Assembly (NCBI GenBank): GCA_040954595.2
Contig: CM082592.2
Location: 2,232,001-2,296,000 of the forward strand
Direction: 5' to 3'
DNA: 64,000 bases
Origin: Balanoglossus misakiensis
Lineage: Eukaryota; Animalia; Hemichordata
The notes under the pieces are model-generated. The model was given only the letters and a program-made list of their open reading frames with translations. It did not search any database and was not told the DNA's origin. Of the stretch, positions 34,911-47,557 are shown in pieces; the first letter of the stretch is position 1; each line of letters starts with the position of its first letter. The position numbers and the translations under genes are program-made.

Positions 34911-35810
34911 GTCCCATTGGTATATACCATGGGACCTTAAAGCCACAGTATTTCTCGTAGGGGCAAAATTTTGTTTGAAACGGCATCTATAATTTCTAAA
35001 AGTAGATGATAATTGATACTGAATCGAACAGTCATCATCCCCAGCTCTGCTGATAAACTCATACAATTTACAATATAACGAGTGAAGAATGACTTTCTGT
35101 CCGGACAGAAAGTCACGTGAGTCAGGCTAATGTTGACACACGTGACTAGTGCGCATGCGCACTCAAATGTGAATCTATGCGGAAGAGGTTTGGTCGCCCC
35201 AAATCAAGCGACTCAGCGAAGAAATGCGCACTAATTCGGCGAAATTTTGGGAAGATAACTTTATGGGAGAAATCAGTCGATGGAACCAGATCAAATCCGA
35301 AAATGGTCTGACCATCAAAATGTCAAAGTGGCACGTTTGCTGATCGACATGTACAACATTTCCGTTGTAAACAAACCCGCGCATCATTTCAAGTGTTACG
35401 GGCGATATTTTCGGCTTGCATGTAGCTACAATTGCCCAAACCTTTCTTACATCTTCATTATATAGTATTCCATGATGGATGTACTGGAAAAACGGGCTTT
35501 TTTCGATGATGAAAAATGGATGCACACGAGAAATACTGGGGCTTTAATGGATCGGTTGCGTCTGTATGTATGTATGGATGTATGCATGGATGTATGTCTG
35601 TATGTCCGTCCACATCAAAAAGTTGAAAACCGCTGCGTGTATCACCTCGATATTTGGTGTGCAGATGCAGGCTGGGCTGTAGATGGGAGTTTGTTCAAAT
35701 GAAGGTGTCATCGGCAAAATATGCAAATTAGCTGGAAAAATGTGAATTTGGTCAAAACTCAGTAACTCAAGAGCTACTGGTCAGATTGCTTTGCAAAGTG
35801 GTGTGTATTT
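34908..35810 (-). mobile_element. HINE/DINE-like element, family 2 (terminal ggtcccattgg..ccatgggacc hairpin plus (CATA/CATC)n microsatellite)
   Basis: Reverse complement of 50560-50870 and 62480-62818; sits next to a T-run. Confidence 0.7.
34941..35543. mobile_element. Kolobok-like MITE (TTAA TSD) nested in the HINE-like element
   Basis: ttaa|agccacagtatttctcgt ... acgagaaatactggggct|ttaa. Confidence 0.75.
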
Positions 35811-36470
35811 ACTTTATTGAGTTGTTTTAATTAGGCAGGAAGTTCCCTGGTGTGATTGATTTACACAGCAAATTCCTGAATGATTACATAACTGGCTAAG
35901 TTTTAAAGAGGCCAGCTGTTCTATTTAGTGATTGTACAGTACATATGCCATTGGCAGCTTATGGGTCAGTCAGTGCTTGTCCATTGATCTCTCGCTGTGT
36001 CTGTCTGTCTGTTTGTATATGGCCATGTACTCTGGTGTAGACTTTTTCTTGTGTACTCAATGGGACCACCGTGTCCTTGACGCGATTTTTTTCTTTGTAT
36101 TGAGGGCATTTGAATGTAAGTTAAGGCAGTACGTAGACGTCAGGACACTTGCTGCATCAAATATGTTAAATGATAACTTATTTGAGGATGTCATGTGTGA
36201 CACCTAGGTGAAGTATCAGATGGAGAAGGCACTTATGGGACAGTGTGATGGGCTGGGGTTATTCATTTTAGAAAATGTTGTAAAGTGTTTTTTTAAATCC
36301 CTGGCCATGCAGTTGCCAAACTTTGTAGGAAACAAATGTGGAAGAGACAATCAGCTCTTAAACACAGAACATCTGTCAAAAAGTCCCTATGTGGTAGCCT
36401 CAAAGACATAACCAATGAGTAAAAATTCACATAATTCGACTGTGACGTAATTAAATAGTTAATACACATA

Positions 36471-37534
36471 TAGACTGTCGACAGTCCCTCGCGCCTAATG
36501 TGTATCGATTCAGCGTTTCGTGTGAGGGCCGTTAGGCCCTATGTTTTGAGGGCCGAAGGCCCGAGGGCGTGGCCTGAGGGACTGTTATACCTTGTTTCGC
36601 CCTCACACGGGCACTGTGGGAAAATGCCCCTGTAAAATGATTGACAGTTAATATACGTCATAAACTCATTGACCAATCATATTGTCACGCAGTATCGGGT
36701 CAACAGGAAGTGAAGCTGTAAAGCGGGCAAATGCTCAGTTTGATCGCGGTACCTCGTTTAGCCTTTTTGAATGATGGTATCTGAACAAGTTATTTCTCTG
36801 TAAAATGATTGACAGTTAATATACGTCATAAACTCATTGACCAATCATATTGTCACGCAGTATCGGGTCAACAGGAAGTGAAGCTGTAAAGCGGGCAAAT
36901 GCTCAGTTTGATCGCGGTACCTCGTTTAGCCTTTTTGAATGATGGTATCTGAACAAGTTATTTCTCTGTAAAATGATTGACAGTTAATATACGTCATAAA
37001 CTCATTGACCAATCATATTGTCACGCAGTATCGGGTCAACAGGAAGTGAAGCTGTAAAGCGGGCAAATGCTCAGTTTGATCGCGGTACCTCGTTTAGCCT
37101 TTTTGAATGATGGTATCTGAACAAGTTATTTCTCTCGCCTTGACAAAACTTGGCCACCAGTCACTCAGACCCGTCCAGCGTCAAGTAATTGATGGTTTTT
37201 TGGACGGCAAAGATGTTTTTGTTGCGTCGCCAACGGGCAGTGGGAAGTCTTTGGCGTATGAAATCGCACTTTTTCTCTTGGACAGGATCGGCGAATTTAC
37301 CGAGGAACCGTCATCGATAGTTTTGGTTGTTTCGCCGCTGATTTACGCCCCCATATGCAAATTTTACTACGTCATTTTCTGCATGCATAATTAATATCAA
37401 GGCAAGGCTTACAAGCCAGAACGGTCCCTCGGGCCTTACGGCCGTCGCACCACGAAACGCCGAATCGGGCCTTCGGCCCTCACACGAAACGATGAATCGA
37501 TACACATTAGGCGCGAGGGACTGTCGACAGTCTA
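36471..37534 (+). mobile_element. Non-autonomous AcademH-like DNA transposon carrying a RecQ-like helicase N-terminal stub
   Basis: TIR tagactgtcgacagtccctcgcgcctaatgtgtatcgattca... mirrored at ~37470-37534. ORF 37107-37394 reads LRPVQRQVIDGFLDGKDVFVASPTGSGKSL...VLVVSPL. No TSD found. Confidence 0.7.
36630..37135 (+). repeat. 168-bp perfect tandem triplication covering a promoter-like segment and the helicase start codon
   Basis: tgtaaaatgattgacag at 36631, 36799 and 36967; each copy has gaccaatca, caggaagtg and atgatggtatctgaacaag. Confidence 0.92.
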
Positions 37535-37659
37535 CACAGTTACAGCGAGATAGATGAGGATGATGACGTCACTGTGAACGAATAAGACAGCGACTTTGCC
37601 AACAGTTGCTCTGACTCAAGCGATGACGTCAGCGTCCCTGAGACCCCAAAGAACGCAAA

Positions 37660-38485
37660 GCGTCAACGGGTTGCCTGTGAAATATGCGGGAAGACGATGC
37701 TTCGTACGTCATTGTATCGTCACACTAACACACACCGCAAACAACAACAACAACAGACAAATAGTCATCACTGTGATGAAAATATCGCCTTGCCAGACAC
37801 TCATAAAAACACGTTTAAATGAAGTGACCTTTGACTGCAGCGATTGTGGAAAATCTTACAAGAACAAACACTAACAGTCGCTAAAAGTTCACAGTTATGA
37901 ACATGTTGACAACTCACGTTTTCAGTGCGATATCTGCAAGAAGAACTTCATCACTCGCAGTCGCTTGCTGGATCACACGAAGAAATATTTTGACGAAAAA
38001 CCGTACTCGTGTGAATACTGTGATAAGAAATTCAAGCATAAGAATTATTTGGTTGTGCACCAGCGGGTGCACACGGGAGCGAGGCCCTTCAAGTGCGGGA
38101 AATGTGGTGAGGAATTCTCGTCTAAGAGTGTCTACCGGTACCATCTCAGAAAACACTCCAACGTGCGGCCGTTCAGCTGCGAGAGATGCGGCAAGCGCTT
38201 CCTGACGCCCGGGAACCTCCGCGACCACATGGCCGTGCACAGGGAACGCAACGAGGTGAAGGATCGCCAAGGTCAGTGTCAAGGTCATGAAGTTGAGAAA
38301 GACGGCTCCAAGGAAAAGGAATCCCTGATACAATGCGAGCACTGTGAGAAGACGTTCACGTGGAAGAAAAGCTACACACGCCACTTGAAGATCCACCTGG
38401 AGAAAAAAAAAAACCGTTCAAGTGCGAGATTTGTGGACAGTGTCTGAACAGCAACACTGCATTGTGGAGACATAGAACGTCACAC
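37660..38485 (+). pseudogene. Multi-C2H2 zinc-finger gene remnant
   Basis: CEICGK..., CSDCGKSYKNKH*, CDICKK, YSCEYCDKKFKHKNYLVVHQRVHTGARPFKCGKC, CERCGKRF, CEHCEKTF; an in-frame stop at ~37872 and frameshifts. Confidence 0.8.
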
Positions 38486-38703
38486 AAAAATTCCCAATAG
38501 ACTAACATTCATTCAGGGTTCTGCCCTCGTACCCTGGATGGTGGTCGGGCCCAAACCAGCATGCACTCAAGGTTAAAACTAGCAAACAAAGGCTGCCAGC
38601 AAGCACTATTGTGTTCTCAATCCAGTCTATTTTCTCATCTTGATACATTGATGAATGGGTATGACTTGCAACAGACATGAACATTAAGGAAAATGAATAT
38701 TAA

Positions 38704-38888
38704 AGGTATATGGTCACCTATGAAAAATTAGATATAATTACCATGGTAAATTGACATCTAGACAATCACAGATTTTCAGTGGGTGGCACACACGAAAAAG
38801 GCGCGCGCCCCATTTGTTCTTTAGAACGCTCAAATACGCAATTTTAGCTATACATGGGCGTATGTAAATTAAAGGTGACTGTATACCT
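38704..38888. mobile_element. Small Kolobok-like MITE (TTAA TSD)
   Basis: ttaa|aggtatatggtcacct ... aggtgactgtatacct|ttaa. Confidence 0.6.
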
Positions 38889-40439
38889 TTAATGCGTATG
38901 GATTGACTAGTCAATAGGTGATGTTACTGATTAATCATGTTAACTATGTATATATATATATATAAGTACGTGTTTTCTGGTCGTATTTGTTTTACATGGA
39001 TAGGCAATAAAGTTAATTTTAGCCCTTTTAAAGCCATAGTCAACTTGTCATTTTTCCAAAATTATTAACCCTCATAATTTGTTCCTGCCAGATGAATCGA
39101 TAGACAGACTGACATATAGATATATGGATAGACGGACGGACAGACGGGCAGATAAGCAACAAGCAAAAAAATGAGATGCATATTATCAAGATGGATAGAT
39201 AAAATGATTCATACTTGTTTAATTGGGACATATGAGCACGAAACGGTGTACAAGTACCGGTATATGCTCTTTCTCTAAATCATCGCTCTTAGTTTCAGAT
39301 TTTCAAACATGAAAAAGCCGACGCTCAATAAAATATAGTTTTCTTTCAAAAACTGGCGCAGTACGTTGGATATTTACACCAATATATCACGGAAACAGCA
39401 CAATGTTATTTAGGTCCTGGTCCAAAGGCGTCTGTAGATAGGCTTCGTAAATATTTATTATTGAAAAATAGGTACACGTAGTCGATCTCATATAAATTCC
39501 AAGCTGAGGGGAGTGTCGATAGGTTCAAGACCGTAGAGGGCGTAAGCTGGTAGTATCCTTTGACCATATATGGCTGCTTATCTGAAGTTGGTTGTTTTTC
39601 GTCCATTTTACAAATGCAAGTAAGTGTATGTTTTGGTTTATTCTTTATTATATCTGGACATGTTGTGTAAATAAGTGGTCAAGGAATGTGTTCAGCCAAA
39701 ATCTTGAGGAATTTCCGAAAATTAAGCCTATCGGACGGTGAAGCTTCTTTTGCCTTGCGAGGTGTTAACCGTTTGCAACAGTCAAATAGGTGGAAAGAGC
39801 TCGAGGTCATTTGGGGTCACAAAAGCCTCGCTTTTTCCTTGTATTAAATTTTCGTTTTTGACAACATACGTTTCGTTTGAGGAAAATTAGTATCATAATT
39901 CGAATTATAGTTTGTTCTAGAAAATTCACGCGATAAACAAACCTCGCAATGAAATTTCGAACTATTAGATTTTTGTCTTCAAAGTCGGTATACACTTATC
40001 GCCTCGGAGTAATTACTCCAAACAAAACGGTGGTATTGGGAAGTTGAAAGCAAGAGGTACCGCCTCCATGGTTGAACTAGGTGAATTTTGAAATTTCTAG
40101 CATTGTGTGGTAAAATATTACAAATAAATTTTGTAATGAATAACTAGTGTGTGTGTGTGTGGGGGGGGGGGTGCTCTGACCTAATCAAAGGCACTCGACT
40201 GAATCTGTCAGTCTAAATATTTATTGTAGTCGCACAGATGACGGAAGTTTCAGAACTTTTATATATTTAGAAATAAGTCAATGTATTATCATGAACTTCA
40301 TAAAGGGTGTGGCCATAAAGTTTCATCAACAGAATACATGCAGTGTTTTCATCCAAGTGTCGAATACAGTTCTCTGTAACCATAATGAAATAGCATAGGT
40401 TGGTCATAATGTTTTAATGTCTTATGAATATGCAAATTT

Positions 40440-41504
40440 TGATGTATTTTCTTGCTGTCTGTTTTTCTTCCAGATGCGTTAAAATAATGGAAGACCTGAT
40501 TGACTGTGTCTTGATATTTGTCAATTAGCTTCACCGATGCTGCAGCTTGCGAACTGACCAATGCAAGTCTGTGGGCAAGGCAGTGAATGTGGATGAGATA
40601 CGGAACGTCTGCCTTCAATCTCACGCCAACGCCACTTCTCTGACCTGTCATGACAGCCGCTCCGTCACTACCGAGTCCGACCAACTTATTCAGTTGAATA
40701 TTGTTGTCCCGGAAATATTGGAAAACAGCAAGGTAGATCGTTTCAGCTTTTCCATCAGTGACATTTATGTTCCCAGCGAAACACGTTTGAGCTCTTCTAT
40801 TTAACACTAACTTCATATACAGATCCAATTTCTAGAAAACAGCGATGTCGATACTTTCGTCTAATTGTAGCCCAACAAATTTACTATGTCCGATTTCAGT
40901 GCTGATTTCAGCTTTGATGACCTTGTCAATAGAATCTTGCATCTCAGAAACGATTTCGTGGTGACTGTAAAGATTAGCGCCAACTATAGCAGGGCAGTCA
41001 TTTAGTCGTTGTAAGTTCAATAAACTTGAAAATAAATGGGACGGAAGCTCTTCCTTCATAAGCCAGTACGCCGTACGAAGTTGTGCTGTCACGGTATCGT
41101 CGCTAGATTTGCTTGCATTCTTTGCCGCCACTACAAAATTCTGTTTCAGCGTGAGCTCTTTCTGTGACTCAATATGATCTAAAACGAGAGCAGACCTTTG
41201 ATAATTTGTACATCCTGATGTAAATCTTTTTTTTTTCTTTGTGCGACGGCATACGTTACATATCATCTTTGGAGTAGCTGTTGACGGGTCGTCAACTGTC
41301 AACCATTGGAACTGATTCTCCCATTCCCGCTGGTACCGCTTAGCACGCGAATTACGCCGATTTTGACCCGTCTCACCTGCATCGCTTGAGCCGCTATCAC
41401 TCTGAGACTAATAGCTGGTTCTGCTCAGGTTCGCGTGTTGGTGATCCTGTTTTGCGTCGTTTAGAAACGTTAAAGTCAAACAGAGAAAGCTGTCTTCCGG
41501 CCAT
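40440..41504 (-). pseudogene. hAT-superfamily transposase remnant (ZNF862-like), C-terminally truncated
   Basis: MAGRQLSLFDF start; MICNVCRR..FTSGCTNYQRSAL; FVGLQLDESIDI; LGSDGAAVMTG...IHCLAHRLAL (CxxH motif); frameshifts. Confidence 0.8.
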
Positions 41505-41624
41505 GATTTATGACGAACGAACGATTTGCCGTTATTTTTATTGCGTCCAAATTTTACTTTTTATTTCAAATTTAGTACCATTAGGCGTCATTTGCATATC
41601 AATCGCGTTGCTAACATCGTGCTA

Positions 41625-42082
41625 TAGTCTCGGTTACCCAGACGCCTTTGCTTCTTCCGATGCTCTCCAGAAAAGGGTCTGGGGAAATACTATTGAAAGC
41701 TTTGTAAAACAAAATGGCCGATGTCAGGATTTTGATCATCGCCTGATTGGCTGAACTGTCAGTATGACCCGGGTCACTGACTCTCGACAATGTGTGATTA
41801 TTTGTCGTATCTTCATATCAAGAGACCGGTACTTGTTGGTTGATGCGAAAGGCAAAAGGCGTCCTCTGTTAGCATTGTTGGAGAAATTATATGAAATATC
41901 TTTGGTAGACGATTGTCGAAACTATTGCAGTGACCCGGGTCATACTGACAGCTCAGCCAATCAGGCGATGATCAAAATCCTGACATCGGCCATTTTGTTT
42001 TACAAAGCTTTCAATAGTATTTCCCCAGACCCTTTTCTGGAGAGCATCGGAAGAAGCAAAGGCGTCTGGGTAACCGAGACTA
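41625..42082. mobile_element. Foldback MITE with TAG...CTA termini and ~155-bp TIRs (AcademH-like)
   Basis: tagtctcggttacccagacgcc ... ggcgtctgggtaaccgagacta; flanks acatcgtgc(ta) / acgtcgtgc give a near-perfect 9-bp TSD. Confidence 0.75.
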
Positions 42083-42769
42083 ACGTCGTGCAAGAGTTCA
42101 TGAGTACGCAGAGTGGACAAACTTTGTAACATTTTAGGTAACTTGTTTTTGACACGCGCATGACCTGATGCGCTTGCAACATTGTTTGTTTTACCTCAGA
42201 ATTCCAGACGCGCAGCGCAAGCGGAGTCATAATACTGATATAGTTGCCTAGCTACTGCAGATCAAATAGCCACTTTTAGCTGGCATGAGAAACGTTTGCG
42301 CGCAGTGCTCGCAACGGCGCGTCTTTTCTTGCGTGCAATCATTACAATCTTGCGTGAAAACGTAAATAATCTGCGCTAACGCGAACCCTGAATAATTGAT
42401 GATCACAAGGTACTGGTGTTGAAACTTCAACTCCCAACCGTGTAATAAAAAAGTTACAAATAAAAGTCAGCAACATCACTACTAAAATGTGAAATGTTAG
42501 AAAAACAAAGTGGACATGAACTGCACAGGATTTACTAGTATTAAACTACATGAGACAGAGCTAAACTATTGCATGATGCACATATTTATCACTGTTGTAA
42601 AACTTACATTTCAGGGATTGGTGCTAAATATCATGGTCACTATTAAATAAATGCCAATAACAACCGCCAGCGATCAACATCTTAGATACTAGTATTTGGG
42701 GTCACTTGACTTGAAAGAACATCAAAATTATATCACTTGTGTGAGTGACAATGGAATAAGAACACTTAC

Positions 42770-43253
42770 TCGGAACACTGGCTTTAAAACTGTCGTCCAG
42801 TACAACCTCTCCACACACCCTAGTGTCAAACTCGGCACCCTGCAACTCGCTTTCGAGAACGTCTGACGCAGGTTCCTTAGACATCTTGTCTGGTTTCGAA
42901 GTAGGGATATCTGAGTCATACCGAAGACGTTTCCTACACTTAGGAGCTGGTCTGTGTCTGTGTGATAGGGGCTTTCCCCAGTTGTTGTACTCAAACAAGG
43001 TTGGTACTGGATGGTTAGGTGAAGGGCCCTGACCCCCTTCAAAATGTCGCGAACACAACCTTGAGAATTTGTTGGGCTTCCAACACGGTTCTCTCCTTAC
43101 CATACGAATCCATTGTAACCGCTGCCGCCGAGACTTACTTTCATTGGGAAACGGATGGAAAGTAACATTTTGCATCCATGTATATTTTTGCAGTTTTTTC
43201 AGCTTTGCAGTGGCAGAATTGCAACCAGGAGCGTTACAAAAGAAATTAGGCAT
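42770..43253 (-). CDS. THAP-domain protein, first exon (probably transposon-derived)
   Basis: MPNFFCNAPGC...FHPFP...QWIRMVRR..WKP..SRLCSRHF...PVPTLF (C2CH THAP plus AVPT-like box); gtaagt donor at 42769; downstream exons not identified. Confidence 0.8.
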
Positions 43254-44475
43254 ATTTTGGACGTGTCCGCTTCTAAAAGTTCCAAAATTTGAAAAATTAA
43301 TACTTATAGGACGTCTCCTTCTCCAGACGATCGATTTCTTAAATCTAAGCGGCAGCCATTTTATACAGCGCCCTCAAACGGTGTTTAACCCCAATACTCT
43401 TTCGTTTTCATGCATCTCGAATATCGCGTATTGCGGTCCGTGTAGCGATCGCGGTTAACCGCGTAAACAACGTACGGGTACACGGGAGAATCGCACGCTC
43501 CCCAGAGTTTGGCAACTCTGCCCAGTGTAGCCAGAAAGTCACCAGCGCCGTGCGGAATAAAGCTGTACACTTACCGCTAGCCCAGAAAAGACAAATAGGA
43601 AAACAGAACCGAAATACTATTTGATATACAATTTATATGTACGTTTAATTTATAATATTTCGTTATTTAACCAGAGAGACACAATTACTTGGTGGAGTAT
43701 GTTCATTCGATGGACCGGAAGACTGATTTATCTTCAACCGAGTACGGACAGGTGTTATTTGAGAGACTCTCAACGGATATACTACGATTTGATCTCAGAG
43801 GTGAGATCGATAGGAGATCTCTTGTATAGAGATTACGGGAGATGCGAAGAGGTAAAAACGTGAGCTAGGCGTCAAAAGAGGATCACAGCTTCGGAATTTC
43901 CAGCCAATCGTCTTTCTGTATTTCTGCAATTCCTATAGCTATAGCTAGCCAATATTAAATTGAACGAACGATTTCGTCGGGAACCTGAGTTAGACTCCCC
44001 GGAGGCGAGATGAATTCGACCCGGTATCGTCCGATTAGCGCACCGGCAACGAATTTCTAATGATGCGATAAATCAGAGTAGTATTTTATTAAATATTCCG
44101 ACCGGACTTCGTAGTGTAGTTTCGTAATTTCGAAAAGTTTAGAGTTGTTTTGATGAAATGACAAAGTCGACGTTCTATCGTGCATCACACGTATACATGC
44201 TCCGAGATCGTGCCGTCGTACCACGACCAATGAACGATCTTCTCCCCGTCACGGTTATATTAGGGAGTCGAACAGACCGAAGTTTGATACATTGAGAACG
44301 GTATAAAAAGGGCAACGATGAGCTGGGAACGTTGCTCCTCTCACCCGATCCGGCAACCACAGAAACTAACCACGAGAGTACGAGACGATGAATTATTTCA
44401 GGCGGGACCAAGCAGGGAGACGAACACCCGTGCGTCGCCAACCAAAACACCGGCAACGTATCTACCAGCACCGTC

Positions 44476-45868
44476 GAGTGTAACTATTGTGCGGGTCATG
44501 CGGGCTGCGGGTCAGTGCGGGTTGCGGGTTGCGGGCCGGTGCGGGTTGCGGGCCAGTGCGGGTCAACACTTTCAATATGACAATCATGTCCTAAGATTGT
44601 TGAAAAAGATATCCTGTAACCAGCACACACCATATCATACACAAATAAACACAAGTTTTTTTTAAAATATGTATGTAAATTTTTATTCAATAACTCTGTG
44701 TCTTATATTTCCATTTTTCTGCTTGTCCACTTGCAAGGGATAAAGTTTTTGTTTCTAAGAAACAATCCAGCTCTGGCCAGGAAGTCAAATAGGGACTTAA
44801 CACGAGATCTTCTTTGAAAATATGATGTCGTCCATGGTTTATTATGTCGCATAAGCCTATCAGTATGACATCACTGAAATAAAGTGGTAAGAACATCACT
44901 ATTAGTACCAACATTTTCTAAACAAGCAAAGATTGTCAATTTTCACAATCTGCTGATTCAAGATTGTTCAATTCAAGTTTTGCAAGTACTTGCTTGACAA
45001 GTTAATTTGATTTTATGTATTTTTCACTTTAAAATGTACACTACAACAAACAAAAACAAAAATGTCCCAAGTGCAGGGATAACACAGAAAGGTTAAGAAC
45101 TTATTTCCACTACGGTCCCACAAATAATATCAGACTGCTTTTAAGACCTCGAGGGATAACACATTATGAAAATCAAATCCTCTTCATATGTCATCAAAAT
45201 GTGAAAAAACCAACTAGGCTTTGTACGCGTAAAACTAGACTAGCCCACTAGTCGCTTGGTGATTTTTAAATCTCAATACTTTTTGTGTTTTCGGTGTTTT
45301 CATGTCTGCCTTGAGCGTGTTTTTGGTAGTGAGGCAAGTTTCGAATTTGGGACTGAGCTTGTGGTTTCGGGTAGCGTCGCGTTTCCTACACATAACATGC
45401 ATAATGAAGCCCATAGACTTGGAGCAAGTCTAGCGTAAAACATATTACATGGGGTTAGGTTGAGTGCGTGACACGCAGCTCGAGTCATAGATGCAATCAC
45501 GACAATCTTTTACAATACAAATCATTATACTTTGCATATGAATAACGATTCTAAATAATAAGATCGCTCGGTACGTACCTAATGTCGGCGGACATTTTGA
45601 CCGGATGGCGGGAAAGCATGACGTCACTGGTTGCGCAATACACGACCCGCACTGCAGCCAGCATCCTTGGTCGATTCCATTGTAATATTGAAAGATGTTG
45701 TATTTTTCGAGGTATTCACGAAAGTTATTATGGTATAAGAGGAACTGGGATTATATTTTGGGTTCATTTTATTCCAAGAAACAATTGCACAGAAGTCTCA
45801 TTCGTTTTTGGGGCGACCCGCAAATTGGCCCGCACTTTGACCCGCTGACCCGCAAAATAACGATACTG
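44476..45868. mobile_element. hAT-like non-autonomous element with 8-bp TSD
   Basis: TSD gcaccgtc at 44468-44475 and 45869-45876; imperfect TIR (g/c)agtrt...tgcgggtca; subterminal tgcggg/cccgca repeats at both ends. Confidence 0.75.
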
Positions 45869-46247
45869 GCACCGTCGCCGAGGCGGATCCATCTTCCGCC
45901 CCATCCGCAGATTCTACACATAGCCGGCGCCGATCGTCTACACCCCAACCCATTCATCACGGGGATGTATTCCCCCCACTGGATCTCAATCGGGTGGAGA
46001 GGGTGGAGGACTCTCACAGTTACCGCCAATACTCCCATGGGGTCATCAAAGCAGAGACAACCACCAAACGTACGTATACTACTTGCTGAAGAACCCGGCC
46101 ACAACGTCAACTTCTAGTCCTCCGGTGGAGCCAGGGGCCGTTCTGCAGCTGCCGACCGAACCGAGGAGGCCGCCAGCGGCAGCGACCGTCTCCTCCTGCG
46201 CCCGTACAGTAGGCCTAGCCGTTACGTTCAGCAAGGGACCACAGGGT

Positions 46248-47238
46248 ACTCTCCCTCCGCGATTTTGTTTGTTGTTGTTGTTGTTGATTTTTGGCATAAT
46301 AAACAAATACATATTTCTTTGTTAATAAATATGGTTTGTTGACATGTAAAGGTTAGGGTATATTCGACAGGTTAGGGTTAGTGTTTCGATCCACGGCCCC
46401 GGACATATCACTAAGCCACAAAGACAGACAAGGGTGGATACTAGCCCATTTCCGGGTCCAAGCACCGTATTTTTTAAGTCCAGAATAACACAACTAATAA
46501 ATGTCTGACAATTGAAATATTACGTTTGCAGTGACAACATACTCTATACTTACTATATCTATCCTGTAATTCAATAAAAAAGTATAAATCGGCGATATTT
46601 CACATCGTTCTCCGTTGACATCCGTACAGTTTTTACGGCAAACCATGGACAAACTTAAATGTCTCGTTTCGGAAGGCAAAATTCAAATTGGACCGTAAAT
46701 TGTTTGGAGGTGACCACGTTTCACAAAGATTTACGCTTGTGTGTGATTTTTGTCATAAAACATGTGCTGATGTATATCTGTATGTAAAAGAGTCGTGAGC
46801 CTGTTATTATAAGGGGGAAAATATGTTAAAATACGCCGAAGTAAGTTCATCCTGGGACCAGGCTGAAATCGATTAACGTCCCCTTGCAGGACTAACAAGC
46901 TATTTGATTGGTCCAATTTGAATCCTTGCAGGACTAACAAGCTATTTGATTGGTCCAATTTGAATCTCACTAACGTTTTTAACCTTCCGAAACGAGACAT
47001 TCATGTTTGGCCATACTGGGCTAGTTTCCACCCTTGGCTCTCTTTGTGGCTTAGTGATATGTCCGGGGCCGTGGATCGAAAAAAATGCCAACACTGACCC
47101 TAACCGTTGATAATACCCTAACACTTACATGTCAACAAACCATATTTATTAATCAAGAAATATGTATGTTTATTATGCCAAAAATCATCATCATCAACAA
47201 CAACAACAAACAAACAAACAAAATCGCGGAGGGAGAGT
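46248..47238. mobile_element. Foldback element with ~200-bp TIRs containing (GTT)n and ggttaggg motifs
   Basis: actctccctccgcgattttgtttg ... caaacaaaatcgcggagggagagt; internal 42-bp duplication at ~46882/46924; no TSD evident. Confidence 0.75.
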
Positions 47239-47557
47239 CCTCTGTGAAGGGACCAGGCCATCTGCCAATACCCCGGGGACCCACACCGAGAAGAGAAGGC
47301 GGGGAACCTCGTCGGCGAAGAAGGGCACTGCCGGCCGGCCATGCCAGAACCAGCACCGGTCGACCTAAGTTTACAGCTACTCGAGCTCAGCCCTGAAGAC
47401 GAGGAGAACTTAGATCTGCCGCCGAGGACACCAAGGAGAGACGAGTAATGTTACTATTGAACTCTTTACTAGACTTCAGTCATTTTCGAACATTTTATGC
47501 ATTTTTCTTATCTCAAAAATTGTAAAGCTGTACGGGGTGGGGTGTCCCTTCCCATAA

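Noticed and set aside
37107-37394. Host RecQ helicase gene
   Set aside because: Only motifs Q to Ia are present, enclosed by TIRs; better explained as a transposon fragment.
46350-46381. ggttaggg telomere-like motifs (also near 58880-58925)
   Set aside because: Only a few degenerate copies inside repeats; not an interstitial telomere array.
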